Below, one piece after another: positions 39,247 through 48,865 of a stretch of 64,000 bases of DNA (position 1 is its first letter; each line of letters starts with the position of its first letter). The stretch is from an uncultured Pelagibacteraceae bacterium. Lineage in GTDB: Bacteria > Pseudomonadota > Alphaproteobacteria > Pelagibacterales > Pelagibacteraceae. Both the position numbers and the translations under genes were made by a program. The DNA lies in assembly GCA_902555535.1 (NCBI GenBank), contig CACDTB010000002.1, positions 6,108 through 70,107 on the forward strand. The letters are read 5' to 3'. The notes under the pieces were generated by a model. The model was not told where the DNA came from. It ran no database searches and was given only the letters and a program-made list of their open reading frames with translations.

Positions 39247-39897
39247 TTAAATTTTTTTTAAAATAAAATTTAAAGCTGTACTTGATGCTTCAATAGGAAT
39301 ATGATGATCACAATTTTTTATTAATAATGTATCAACTTTAACATTATTTCTAATTAAAAAATCTTTTGCTTCTAGTAAATGTGTTGATGAGACAATTTGA
39401 TCTGCTTCACCGTGTATAAGTAATGTTTCAGTATAATTTTTGATTCTGTTTTTCAAATCTTTTTGATTAATTATTTTTCCAGAAAAACCAACTATACATA
39501 AAAATTTTTCTTCAGATGTAAGGCCAACATTTAAAGACATCATGCAGCCCTGACTGAATCCTGATAAACAGATTTGCCTATTTGACAACCTAAACTCTTG
39601 TTTTATTTCATTAATAAATTTTTTTAAAACTTCTTCAGCTTTAATTGATTGCTCTAATATGTAATCAGAGTCCTCTTTAGTTAAATCAAACCACTGGTAA
39701 CCTGAAGGATTTATAGCGCATGGTTCGTGACCATTAGGACAAATAAAGATTGTATTAGGCATATGTCTTTTCCAATTTAAGGAAAGCATGCTTATATCCT
39801 TTCCATCACCTCCATAACCATGAAGCAAAATAACTGCATTTTTGATTTCAAAACCATTTTCTGGTTTAATAATTATTGAATCTAGGCAAAATGTCAT
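39247..39897 (-). CDS. Phospholipase/carboxylesterase (alpha/beta hydrolase)
   Basis: LLHGYG, GYQWF, GFSQG, IHGEADQIV. Confidence 0.9.
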   Translation of the reverse strand: MTFCLDSIIIKPENGFEIKNAVILLHGYGGDGKDISMLSLNWKRHMPNTIFICPNGHEPCAINPSGYQWFDLTKEDSDYILEQSIKAEEVLKKFINEIKQEFRLSNRQICLSGFSQGCMMSLNVGLTSEEKFLCIVGFSGKIINQKDLKNRIKNYTETLLIHGEADQIVSSTHLLEAKDFLIRNNVKVDTLLIKNCDHHIPIEASSTALNFILKKI

Positions 39898-39946
39898 AGT
39901 AGATAAATTATGTTTTTTATGTCAAAACACAATCTATAATAAAAAA

Positions 39947-40150
39947 ATGATTTCAGGAATATTAGTAAAAGTTTTATCAATTGCTCTTTTGATAGCTGTT
40001 GGAGTAGTTTTAATCCTAGGTATAGGTACTCTTTTTAAGGGAGGAGAGACAAGTAAGAAATATTCAAATAAATTAATGCAGTTAAGAGTTATTTTACAGT
40101 TTATTGCTATTATTGCTTTAGTTGGCTTCGCTTATTTTTTTAAAAATTAG
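39947..40150 (+). CDS. Twin-transmembrane-helix small protein (HIG1-like)
   Basis: SNKLMQLRVILQFIAI motif; ATG at 39947 preferred because the 39842 start lies inside the divergent esterase. Confidence 0.85.
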   Translation: MISGILVKVLSIALLIAVGVVLILGIGTLFKGGETSKKYSNKLMQLRVILQFIAIIALVGFAYFFKN

Positions 40151-40656
40151 TTATATTTTTTTATCCAACTAACAAAATTTTTATCCTCAAAATCAATTGA
40201 ACCTATTATTCTAGCAAATTCTTGACCCTCTTTATTTATTAGAATTGATGTAGGGACACCTCTTAAAGAAAACATTTTTGCCAATGTAGTAGGTGGATCA
40301 AAATAAGGTTCGAAATTTTTGATATTAAAATCTTTAAAAAATTTATTAACTTTGTCTGAATTTTCTTTACCAATATTGATTGCAAAAATTTTAATTTTAT
40401 CCAATTCTGGATTAGCTTGAAGTTTGTCTAACGACGGCATTTCTTCTTTACAAGGTTCACACCAAGTTGCCCAAAAGTTTAATACCAATAAGTTGCCTCT
40501 ATATTCATTGATGTTAATTTTTTGATCTTTTTTGTCTAAAAAAATAACATTATCATATGTTTTTGGTGCTTTATGGATAACAATATTTTTAATTCCAGGT
40601 AGCTCTTCAGCTACAACATTTGTTATCAAAAAAATAAATATTATTAAAAATCTCAT
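40147..40656 (-). CDS. TlpA-family thiol:disulfide oxidoreductase
   Basis: LNFWATWCEPCKEEMPSL, GVPT; divergent from argH as usual in alphaproteobacteria. Confidence 0.92.
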   Translation of the reverse strand: MRFLIIFIFLITNVVAEELPGIKNIVIHKAPKTYDNVIFLDKKDQKININEYRGNLLVLNFWATWCEPCKEEMPSLDKLQANPELDKIKIFAINIGKENSDKVNKFFKDFNIKNFEPYFDPPTTLAKMFSLRGVPTSILINKEGQEFARIIGSIDFEDKNFVSWIKKYN

Positions 40657-40680
40657 GTTAAATAGGTATAATTAAATATC

Positions 40681-42072
40681 ATGGCAAAAAATAAAAACAA
40701 CCAAGCAATCTGGAACACACGGATAAAAAAAAATGCATCAAGTTTGTTTCAAAAAGTCGGTAATTCAATAGATATTGATAAAAGACTTTATAAAGAGGAT
40801 ATTCAAGGATCAATCGCTCATGTTGAGATGCTTTTTAAACAAAAAATAATTTCATTCAAAATAAAAAATAAAATTGTTTATGGACTAACAAAAATTGACA
40901 AGGAAATAACAAACAATAAATTTGAGTTTAATAAAAAATATGAAGATATTCATATGAATATCGAAAAGAGACTTTTTCAAATTATAGGTGAAGAAGCTGG
41001 CTACGTTCACACTGCAAGATCAAGAAATGATCAAGTAATTACTGATTTTAAAATTTGGATTAAAAATTCAACCAACGAAATAAATAATAACATTAATAAA
41101 GTTATTAAGAGTACAATTAAGTTAGCTGAAAAAAATGTTGAGACTATTATGCCTGGATTTACACATCTTAAAAATGCTCAAGCTATCTCTTTTGCACATT
41201 ATTTAATGTCTTATGTAGAAATGTTTAATAGAGACAAAAAGAGATTTTCTAATAATTTAGACAGTTTAAATGAAAATCCTTTGGGTGTTGCGGCTTTAGC
41301 AGGAACATCATTTAATATAGATAGAAATTATACAACCAAAAAACTTGGTTTTAAAATACCTACAAATAATTCTATTGATACAGTTTCAGATAGAGATTTT
41401 GTTTTAGATTTTTTATACGCTTCATCTGTATGTGCTATGCATATTTCTAGAATTGCTGAAGAATTAATTATTTGGAATTCTGACGGTTTTAACTTGATCA
41501 ATTTATCTGATAAAGTTGTTACTGGATCATCAATAATGCCACAAAAGAAGAATCCTGATCTATTAGAGTACTTGCGTGGTAAATCAGGAAGCGCTTATGG
41601 AAATTTATTTTCGATGCTTACAATTTTAAAAGGTTTACCATTGTCTTATTTTAAAGATTTACAAGACGACAAGGAAATTGTTTTTAAATCAAACGATAAT
41701 CTAAATAATTGTTTAAAAATTTTTGATGAAGTACTAAAAAATTGCAATCCAAATAAGAGCAGAATGTTAGAACTTGCTAATTCTGGATACATTACAGCAA
41801 CTGATTTAGCTGACTATCTTGTAAAAAATCACTCTATGTCTTTTAGAAAAGCATATCAAAAAACTGCTGCTGTAGTTAATTTTGCTGAAAAAAGAAAAAA
41901 GAAGTTAAATGAATTAACTTTAGACGATTTAAAAAAAATTGAACCTAAACTAAAAGAAGATGTATTAAAAGTATTTAACTTAAAAAATTCAATTAATTCG
42001 AAAAAATCTTATGGTGGAACTTCTTTTGATAATATTAAAAAAATGATAATGAAATATAAAAAAGAAAAATGA
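40681..42072 (+). CDS. argH: Argininosuccinate lyase
   Basis: EDIHMNIE, HTARSRNDQV, TGSSIMPQKKNPD, ATDLADYLV. Confidence 0.97.
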   Translation: MAKNKNNQAIWNTRIKKNASSLFQKVGNSIDIDKRLYKEDIQGSIAHVEMLFKQKIISFKIKNKIVYGLTKIDKEITNNKFEFNKKYEDIHMNIEKRLFQIIGEEAGYVHTARSRNDQVITDFKIWIKNSTNEINNNINKVIKSTIKLAEKNVETIMPGFTHLKNAQAISFAHYLMSYVEMFNRDKKRFSNNLDSLNENPLGVAALAGTSFNIDRNYTTKKLGFKIPTNNSIDTVSDRDFVLDFLYASSVCAMHISRIAEELIIWNSDGFNLINLSDKVVTGSSIMPQKKNPDLLEYLRGKSGSAYGNLFSMLTILKGLPLSYFKDLQDDKEIVFKSNDNLNNCLKIFDEVLKNCNPNKSRMLELANSGYITATDLADYLVKNHSMSFRKAYQKTAAVVNFAEKRKKKLNELTLDDLKKIEPKLKEDVLKVFNLKNSINSKKSYGGTSFDNIKKMIMKYKKEK

Positions 42073-42200
42073 TAAAAAAATTTACCATAATTATATTCTT
42101 ATTTTGTTTAGTTATTTCTTGTGGAAAGAAAGGTGATCCTAAATACGTAGATCCAGATAAAAAAGCAGAAATAAAAGAAGTTTCAATTAATTTAACTTAA
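42069..42200 (+). CDS. 43-aa lipoprotein, LppL/LptM(YifL)-like (MIKKFTIIIFLFCLVISCGKKGDPKYVDPDKKAEIKEVSINLT)
   Basis: Manual translation; lipobox VIS-C then GKKG; ATGA overlap with argH and TAATG overlap with lysA. Confidence 0.85.
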   Translation: MIKKFTIIIFLFCLVISCGKKGDPKYVDPDKKAEIKEVSINLT

Positions 42201-43414
42201 TGAAATACATAAATAGAAAATTAACAATAGAAAAAATTAGTCTCCAAAAAATTGCAAATAAATTTGGAACTCCATTTTATTGTTATTCCTATTCTAAATT
42301 AAAAGAAAATATTAATAATTTCAAAAAAAGCTTTAGATCTTTTTCACCACTTATATGCTTTGCAGTCAAATCCAACACAAATGTTAATATAATTAGTGAA
42401 ATTAAAAAATTTGGATTGGGTGCTGATGTTGTTTCAGTAGGAGAACTGATGATGGCACTAAAAGCAGGAATTAATCCAAGCAAAATAGTATTTTCTGGTG
42501 TCGGTAAAACAACAAGTGAAATCAGCTTTGCTATTGATAAAAGAATTTTGCTTATTAACGCTGAGTCTTTAAGTGAAATAAAAGAAATAAGTCGAATAGC
42601 AAAATCAAAAAATAAAAAAATAAAAATTGGTGTAAGACTAAACCCAAATACAGATGCAAAAACGTTAAGTCAAATATCAACTGGGAAAAAAGAAAATAAA
42701 TTTGGTGTAAATAAAAATACATTCTATGAAATTGTAAATTATTGCAAGAATTCAAAAAATATTGATTTAAAATGTCTAAGCGTTCATATAGGTAGTCAAA
42801 TTTTAGACCATAGACCTTATGAAAAAATGCTTAAAGCGGTCAGTCAAATTCTCAATAAAACAAATCATAAATTTGAATTTATAGATTTAGGTGGAGGTAT
42901 GGGCATTACTTATACTGTTAAAAATAAAAAACTTAATTATAAAAAATACAATACAGCTATTCTTAAATTTTTAAACAAACATAAAGTTAAAATTATATTT
43001 GAGCCAGGTAGATCAATCATTGGCGATACCGGGACATTAGTGTCAAAAGTAATCTATATAAAAGATAGTGGAAGTAAAAAATTTATCATTTTAGATGCCG
43101 CAATGAACGATTTAATGAGACCTGCTTTGTACGGTGCAATACATAAAACTTTACCTGTTACAAAATCTGATAGAACATCAAAAAAACCATATGAATTTGT
43201 GGGTCCTATTTGTGAAAGTACAGATAAATTTATTACATTAAAAAAATTTCAAGAGTTAAAAGAAAAGGATTTAATAGCAATATGTGATGTAGGAGCTTAT
43301 GGAATGTCACTTAGCTCAAATTATAATTTAAGACCTAAGCCTGTAGAATTATTGATAAAGGGATCAAAAATTAAAGTAATAAGAAAAAGACAAAAGCATA
43401 AAGATATAATTTAG
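42200..43414 (+). CDS. lysA: Diaminopimelate decarboxylase
   Basis: FAVKSN, FSGVGKT, HIGSQI, DLGGG, EPGRS, GPICESTD. Confidence 0.96.
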   Translation: MKYINRKLTIEKISLQKIANKFGTPFYCYSYSKLKENINNFKKSFRSFSPLICFAVKSNTNVNIISEIKKFGLGADVVSVGELMMALKAGINPSKIVFSGVGKTTSEISFAIDKRILLINAESLSEIKEISRIAKSKNKKIKIGVRLNPNTDAKTLSQISTGKKENKFGVNKNTFYEIVNYCKNSKNIDLKCLSVHIGSQILDHRPYEKMLKAVSQILNKTNHKFEFIDLGGGMGITYTVKNKKLNYKKYNTAILKFLNKHKVKIIFEPGRSIIGDTGTLVSKVIYIKDSGSKKFIILDAAMNDLMRPALYGAIHKTLPVTKSDRTSKKPYEFVGPICESTDKFITLKKFQELKEKDLIAICDVGAYGMSLSSNYNLRPKPVELLIKGSKIKVIRKRQKHKDII

Positions 43415-43426
43415 CTTTTGATAAAA

Positions 43427-44128
43427 ATGATAAGAAACTTTTTATTTTCAATATTATTTTTCAGTGGAATTATTTTTATTTCGATAATTTTTTTGCCATC
43501 ATTTTTCTTACCTAAAAAAGTTGTTTTAGTAGGGGGAAAATTAATGGGCCATTGGGCTGGTTTTTGTTTAAGTTTTGTCCTTTCAGTAAAAATTTCTATT
43601 AAAGGAAGGGAAAATATTATTAATAATGAAAAATTTTTTATAGCATCGTCTCATCAATCAATGTTTGAAACTTTTTATTTACAAACAATTTTTAATTCAC
43701 CTGTATTTATTTTAAAAAAAGAATTATTATTAATTCCAATATTTGGTTGGTACTTAAAAAAAATAGGATCGATTTCGATAAAAAGAAATAAAGTTACAAA
43801 AGACAACTTAGGTTTTTTTGATGATATTTCAAAAATAATAGCTACCTCAAATAGACCTCTAATTATATTTCCTCAGGGAACAAGAGTTCTTCCAGATGAA
43901 AGACCACCCTTTAAAAAAGGTGCTTCGAGAATTTATGAACAGCTTAATGTTACATGTCAGCCAGTGGCAATTAACTCTGGATATGTGTGGCCTAAAAAAG
44001 GTGAAAAGAAAACAAATAAAACGATTACAATCTCTATTTTAAAACCAATTCCCTCTGGTTTACCAAAAGAAAATTTTATTAATATTCTTGAAAAAAATAT
44101 TTATTCAGAGCTAGATTTAATAAATTAG
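43427..44128 (+). CDS. 1-acyl-sn-glycerol-3-phosphate acyltransferase (PlsC-like)
   Basis: SHQSMFE, KKELLLIPIFGW, FPQGTR, FKKG. ATG at 43427; alternative TTG at 43418. Confidence 0.9.
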   Translation: MIRNFLFSILFFSGIIFISIIFLPSFFLPKKVVLVGGKLMGHWAGFCLSFVLSVKISIKGRENIINNEKFFIASSHQSMFETFYLQTIFNSPVFILKKELLLIPIFGWYLKKIGSISIKRNKVTKDNLGFFDDISKIIATSNRPLIIFPQGTRVLPDERPPFKKGASRIYEQLNVTCQPVAINSGYVWPKKGEKKTNKTITISILKPIPSGLPKENFINILEKNIYSELDLIN

Positions 44129-45237
44129 CCCTTCATAGGCATTACAACGAAAATACTATCAAAATCACCTGGATCTTTTATTAATGCTGGAGAGCCAGAA
44201 TCATTAAAGAAAATTTCAACTCTGTCGCCATCTAACTGTGAGGCAACATCAATTAAGTATCTAGAATTAAAGCTTATCTCTAAATCATGATCAAACTTAA
44301 CACTTAAAGTTTCTTTACCATCACCGCTGTTGGTATTATTTACAGACAGATCTAGAGTGTCTTTAGATAAATTGAATTTCACACCATCTTTTTTATCTAA
44401 TGAAACTGAGGCTACTCTATCAACAGAATTTAAAAATAATTTTAAATCTATTTCTAATTTTTTATGATTATTTTTAGGAATAACTTGAATATAATTAGGA
44501 AATTTTCCATCAATGAGTTTTGAAATTAAAATACTATTATTTAATTCAAATTTAATTTTTGATTTCACATTTGAAACTTTTACATCCCCATCATAGCTAT
44601 CTAATAAAGAACAGAGTTGAAAAATTGTTTTTTTAGGCAAAATTATTGGATCAAAATCAATTTTTTCCTCTAATCTAATTTTTGAAATAGACATTCTATG
44701 ACTATCAGTTGCAACTGCAGTTAAATAATTTTTATCCTCAACTTCTGTTTGATGAAAATAAATACCACTTAAATAATGTCTTGTTTCATCATTAGAAACA
44801 GAAAATTTACACTTGTTTAATAATTTCAGAAGTTGTTTTGATTTAATTATAAATTCATTTTGATTAAAATTTTCATCTGTTAGTGGAAACTCTGTAGCAC
44901 TTATACAATTCAAATTAAAAATGGATTTTTCGGACTCAACTTGTAATTTACTTATATCTGTTAGAGAGAGATTTATTTTTTTTCCTGAATTAAACTTTCT
45001 TATAATATCATACATTATTGAAGAAGTCGTGGTTGTTTTGCCTTCATCTAAAATTTCTACATTATTTAATTGATGTATAAATATTAAATCTAGATCAGTC
45101 GCAGTGATAGTAAGTTTTGAATTACTTGCGTCTAACAAAATATTAGAAAGTATCGGTAATGTGCTTCTTTTCTCAATAACTCCTTGGCAGTAATTTAATG
45201 CTTGCTGAAGGTCTTGTTGATTAACGTTAAATTTCAT
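44125..45237 (-). CDS. dnaN: DNA polymerase III beta sliding clamp
   Basis: TLPILSNILL, ATDLD, ETRHYLSG, ATDSHR, SKLIDGKFPNY, VVMPMK. Confidence 0.98.
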   Translation of the reverse strand: MKFNVNQQDLQQALNYCQGVIEKRSTLPILSNILLDASNSKLTITATDLDLIFIHQLNNVEILDEGKTTTTSSIMYDIIRKFNSGKKINLSLTDISKLQVESEKSIFNLNCISATEFPLTDENFNQNEFIIKSKQLLKLLNKCKFSVSNDETRHYLSGIYFHQTEVEDKNYLTAVATDSHRMSISKIRLEEKIDFDPIILPKKTIFQLCSLLDSYDGDVKVSNVKSKIKFELNNSILISKLIDGKFPNYIQVIPKNNHKKLEIDLKLFLNSVDRVASVSLDKKDGVKFNLSKDTLDLSVNNTNSGDGKETLSVKFDHDLEISFNSRYLIDVASQLDGDRVEIFFNDSGSPALIKDPGDFDSIFVVMPMKG

Positions 45238-46645
45238 TTTCTTTATTATTATATAAAATCTGGTTTTTTAATTTATTTATATTTTCAACCATTTCAGGAT
45301 CTTTTTCTTTGATCTTTTCAATAGTTTTTACTGAATGAATTATTGTTGTATGATCTCTATTAGAAAATTCTCTTCCAATTTCAGGTAATGATTTAGAAGT
45401 TAAAATTTTAGTTAAATAAATTGCTGTTTGCCTAGGTCTTACTAAATATCTTGATCTTCTAGATGATAACATCTCATTTTTGCTGATTTTGAAGAACTTA
45501 CAAACAATTGTCTGAATTAAATCTATAGTAACCTTATTTTCTGCTATATTTAATAGATCCTTCAAAACTACTTTTGTTTCAGCAAAATTTGGGGCTTTAT
45601 TGTAAATTCTTGAAAATGAAACAACTCTATTTATTGCACCAACTAACTCCCTTACGCTTCCAGTTATTTCATTACTTATAAAATCTTGAATTTCTTTAGA
45701 AACTTGTAATTGTTCCGAATACAAAGCGTTCAATTCCTCTGTTTTTTTTTCAACTATTTTTTTTCTTAACTCAAGATCAGGCTTTTGAATATCAACAACT
45801 AATCCACCAGAAAATCTTGATTTAATTCTTTCTTGAATTCTTGATAATTTATTTGGTGCTCGATCAGCTGAAACAATTATTTGAGATCCCTTATCAAGTA
45901 ATGCATTAAATGTATGAAAGAACTCTTCCTGCATAGCTTCTTTTCCACTTATAAACTGAATATCATCAATTAATAAAATATCTGTATTTCTAAAATATTC
46001 TTTAAACTTAACCATATCGTTTGATTTAATTGATTTTACAAACTGATACATGAAACGTTCAGCAGAAATAAACATTACTTTATTTTTGTTTTTAAGCTCT
46101 AAACCTATTGAATTTAATAAGTGGGTTTTTCCCATCCCAACACCACCATAAATATAAAGCGGATTATAGTGAGATATATTTTCCGAAACTTTTAAAGAAG
46201 CTTCGTAAGCTAATTTATTACTTGAGCCTGTTATAAAATTATCAAATCTTTTATTCGGGTCAATTCGATTATACTGAAGGTAAGAATCTTTTATAAATGA
46301 AACATTTTCATTTTTATTACTCTCTTTAATATTATTTTCTTTTAAAGTGGTATCTTGAGATTTTTCAACTATTTTGAACTCAATTCTAATAATGTCTTTT
46401 TTGTATACTTTAATTATTTGTAATATTTGATCTAAATATCTTGACGTAATCCAATCTCTAATAAATCTTGTTGGAACTGACAATAATAAATAATTATTAA
46501 ATTCCTCTACAAAAGAAATCTTTTTTAACCAGCTCTCATAAACTTCTATACCTAATTTATTTTTCATTTCATTCTGCACCTGCTTCCATTCGAAGCCTTC
46601 AGAGGAAAAATTGTTAAGATTTTTTGTATTTGTTAATTTGTTCAT
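45227..46645 (-). CDS. dnaA: Chromosomal replication initiator DnaA
   Basis: YNPLYIYGGVGMGKTHL, LLIDDIQF, QEEFFHTFN, SLPEIGREFSNRDHTTI. Confidence 0.98.
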   Translation of the reverse strand: MNKLTNTKNLNNFSSEGFEWKQVQNEMKNKLGIEVYESWLKKISFVEEFNNYLLLSVPTRFIRDWITSRYLDQILQIIKVYKKDIIRIEFKIVEKSQDTTLKENNIKESNKNENVSFIKDSYLQYNRIDPNKRFDNFITGSSNKLAYEASLKVSENISHYNPLYIYGGVGMGKTHLLNSIGLELKNKNKVMFISAERFMYQFVKSIKSNDMVKFKEYFRNTDILLIDDIQFISGKEAMQEEFFHTFNALLDKGSQIIVSADRAPNKLSRIQERIKSRFSGGLVVDIQKPDLELRKKIVEKKTEELNALYSEQLQVSKEIQDFISNEITGSVRELVGAINRVVSFSRIYNKAPNFAETKVVLKDLLNIAENKVTIDLIQTIVCKFFKISKNEMLSSRRSRYLVRPRQTAIYLTKILTSKSLPEIGREFSNRDHTTIIHSVKTIEKIKEKDPEMVENINKLKNQILYNNKENEI

Positions 46646-46753
46646 AAATTAAGGGGAAATCTCACTTAGAACTATTTAAAATAATTTGCAACAAGTTAAT
46701 AAAGAAAATTAAAAAAAAATAAAATCTATGATTGTGATTTATATTTTCAAATT

Positions 46754-46788
46754 AATTTAAAATTATAAATAAATTTAAAATTATAAAT
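46754..46788. repeat. Tandem 17-bp all-AT direct repeat AATTTAAAATTATAAAT x2
   Basis: Copies at 46754-46770 and 46772-46788. Confidence 0.7.
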
Positions 46789-46854
46789 TGAATCAAATGC
46801 AGATTGAATCGATAAAATAGTTGAATCAAAATTGAATCAAACATAGATTGAATG
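46788..46854. repeat. Array of TTGAATC direct repeats (four GANTC sites plus one TTGAATG) upstream of dnaA
   Basis: TTGAATC at 46788, 46804, 46821, 46832; TTGAATG at 46848. Confidence 0.85.
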
Positions 46855-46956
46855 ACTACAATCCAAATATTTACTAAATCTAAATATAGTAACTTAAAAC
46901 AAAACTTAGATATATAATGTAGATATCAGGAGTTGTTAAAAAATTTAAGCTAACGC

Positions 46957-47217
46957 TTAGATTGCAGCAATTTTTTTTGTAATTCTAGAAACATTCCTAG
47001 AAGCATTTTGTTTTTTTATTATTCCTGTCTTTGCAATTTTCATCAACTCAGAGTTTAACTTTGGTAAAAATTTTAAAGCTTCATCTTTCTTTTTACCATC
47101 AATTAAAAGATTCATTTTCTTAAGAGCATTTTTAAACCTGCTCTTTCTAGCTTTATTTACTACTGTTTGTTTAGAAATTCTTCTAATTCTCTTAATTGCT
47201 GATTTTGTGTTTGCCAT
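46957..47217 (-). CDS. rpsT: 30S ribosomal protein bS20
   Basis: MANTKSAIKRIR...; true start is ATG 47217, not 47289. Confidence 0.96.
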   Translation of the reverse strand: MANTKSAIKRIRRISKQTVVNKARKSRFKNALKKMNLLIDGKKKDEALKFLPKLNSELMKIAKTGIIKKQNASRNVSRITKKIAAI

Positions 47218-47226
47218 CTGCGCAGG

Positions 47227-47255
47227 GGTATAGCTTGAGAATTTATAGTGGTCAA
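47227..47255 (-). promoter_or_regulatory. Putative sigma70 promoter of rpsT (TTGACC-N17-TATACC)
   Basis: Read directly; -10 ends 9 nt before the ATG and no SD is present. Confidence 0.65.
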
Positions 47256-47267
47256 CTAAATATTTAA

Positions 47268-48131
47268 CTATTTTTGACAGGAAACACAAAAAAAAGTTGA
47301 TCTATTTGATGTTATTTTTTTTTTTATAATACCTTTGCACTTTGTGCGCTTGCAATGAGCTCCTTCTTGCTGATAAACTTTAAACTCTTTTTGAAAATTA
47401 CCTTTATTACCTAAGATATCTTTAAAATCTCTTATGCTTGAACCTCCTTTATCAATCGCCTGTTTAAGTATTTTCTTAGAATTTAAAATAATATTTAAAC
47501 ATTCATTTTTATTAAGTCTTTTTGCCTTTTTAAATGGATTTATTTTACTAGCAAAAAGAATTTCGCTTGCATAAATATTACCTATCCCAGACACAAATCT
47601 CTGGTCAAGTAAGAAACTTTTTATATCCTTATTTTTATTCTTAAAATAATTAACTAAATAATTTAAGTTAAATTTATCGCTAAAGGGTTCGGGTCCCATT
47701 AATTTAAATCTTTTTTTTAAATCTTGATGATTTTTGATTATTTCGAAAAATCCAAAACGTCTTGGATCATTATAAATTACTTTCAAGCTATCAAATACAA
47801 ACTCTGCGTGGTTGTGTTTTTTTGGTAAAAAAGGGGAATGATAAAAACTAGTATTCGTAAATTTTTGAGGCTTTTTGTTATCAAGAATATGGATTGTTCC
47901 TGACATTCCTAAATGAATTAAACAATAATTTTCATTTTGAAATTGGATAATCAAATATTTAGAAAATCTATTAACTTCAATTATTTTTTTATTTTTAAGA
48001 AAACTTTCAAAATCACTTGGTATTTTAAACCTTAAATTCCTATTTCTAATTATTACTTTTTTAATGCTTTTTTTTTTGATCTTTTTATGAAGGGATTGTC
48101 TAACAATTTCTACTTCTGGTAATTCTGGCAT
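47268..48131 (-). CDS. mutM: Formamidopyrimidine-DNA glycosylase
   Basis: MPELPEVE, HLGMSG, DPRRFG, GIGNIYASE, C-terminal zinc finger RSTFFCVSCQ. Confidence 0.97.
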   Translation of the reverse strand: MPELPEVEIVRQSLHKKIKKKSIKKVIIRNRNLRFKIPSDFESFLKNKKIIEVNRFSKYLIIQFQNENYCLIHLGMSGTIHILDNKKPQKFTNTSFYHSPFLPKKHNHAEFVFDSLKVIYNDPRRFGFFEIIKNHQDLKKRFKLMGPEPFSDKFNLNYLVNYFKNKNKDIKSFLLDQRFVSGIGNIYASEILFASKINPFKKAKRLNKNECLNIILNSKKILKQAIDKGGSSIRDFKDILGNKGNFQKEFKVYQQEGAHCKRTKCKGIIKKKITSNRSTFFCVSCQK

Positions 48132-48160
48132 TTGATACTATATTCAATATATATTTTTTT

Positions 48161-48865
48161 ATGCAACAAAATCTTCAAAATAAAAAAGGACTTGTAGAAA
48201 ATGTATTTAATCAGGTCTACAACAAATATGACCTGATGAATGACTTTATGTCTATGGGTGTACATAGGTATTGGAAAAAAAGTTTAATCAATATGATGAG
48301 TCCGAGAGTTAGTAGAAAATTAATAGATGTTGCATGTGGGACAGGGGATGTTGGAAAGTTATTTTTAGATGGCACAAATAAAGAGGCTGAAATTACTTGT
48401 GTTGACCCTAATAAAGGAATGGTTAGTCAAGGAAAGCAAAAATTATCTAATTACAAAAATGTAAAATGGGTTATTTCTCCAGCAGAAAAATTACCAATAG
48501 CAGACAATTCATTTGATTATTACACTATTAGTTTTGGGCTAAGAAATACAAAAAATTTAAATAAAGCACTTTCAGAAGCCTATAGAGTTTTAAAACCTGG
48601 CGGACGCTATCTATGTCTAGAATTTTCTAAGATTCAAAACTCAAATCTTGATTTTGTATATAAAAATTATTCAAAACTCATTCCTATTATTGGTCAGTTT
48701 GTAGTTGGAGAAAAAGAACCTTACGAATATTTAATCAAAAGTATTGAACAATTTATTAATCAAGATGAATTAATAGAATTGATGAAAAAAAACAATTTTC
48801 ATAAATGTTCTTATAGAAATCTTTCTGGTGGTATTGTTTCAATTCATAGTGGTTGGAAAATTTGA
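48161..48865 (+). CDS. ubiE: Ubiquinone/menaquinone C-methyltransferase
   Basis: KYDLMNDFMSMGVHRYWK, DVACGTGD, ISFGLRN, RVLKPGG. Confidence 0.95.
   Translation: MQQNLQNKKGLVENVFNQVYNKYDLMNDFMSMGVHRYWKKSLINMMSPRVSRKLIDVACGTGDVGKLFLDGTNKEAEITCVDPNKGMVSQGKQKLSNYKNVKWVISPAEKLPIADNSFDYYTISFGLRNTKNLNKALSEAYRVLKPGGRYLCLEFSKIQNSNLDFVYKNYSKLIPIIGQFVVGEKEPYEYLIKSIEQFINQDELIELMKKNNFHKCSYRNLSGGIVSIHSGWKI

Noticed and set aside
46788-46854. Mini-CRISPR reading of the TTGAATC repeats
   Set aside because: Repeats are 7 bp with 4-10-bp gaps and there are no cas genes.
46646-46956. Firm oriC call in the rpsT-dnaA spacer
   Set aside because: No consensus DnaA boxes seen and skew cannot be computed here; kept only as a hypothesis in the findings.
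47218-47289. N-terminal extensions in the ORF track for rpsT (also HIG1-like 39842, ubiB 48853, fabA 56241)
   Set aside because: They overlap neighbouring genes or promoters; downstream ATGs fit family N-termini, stop-start overlaps or SD sites better.
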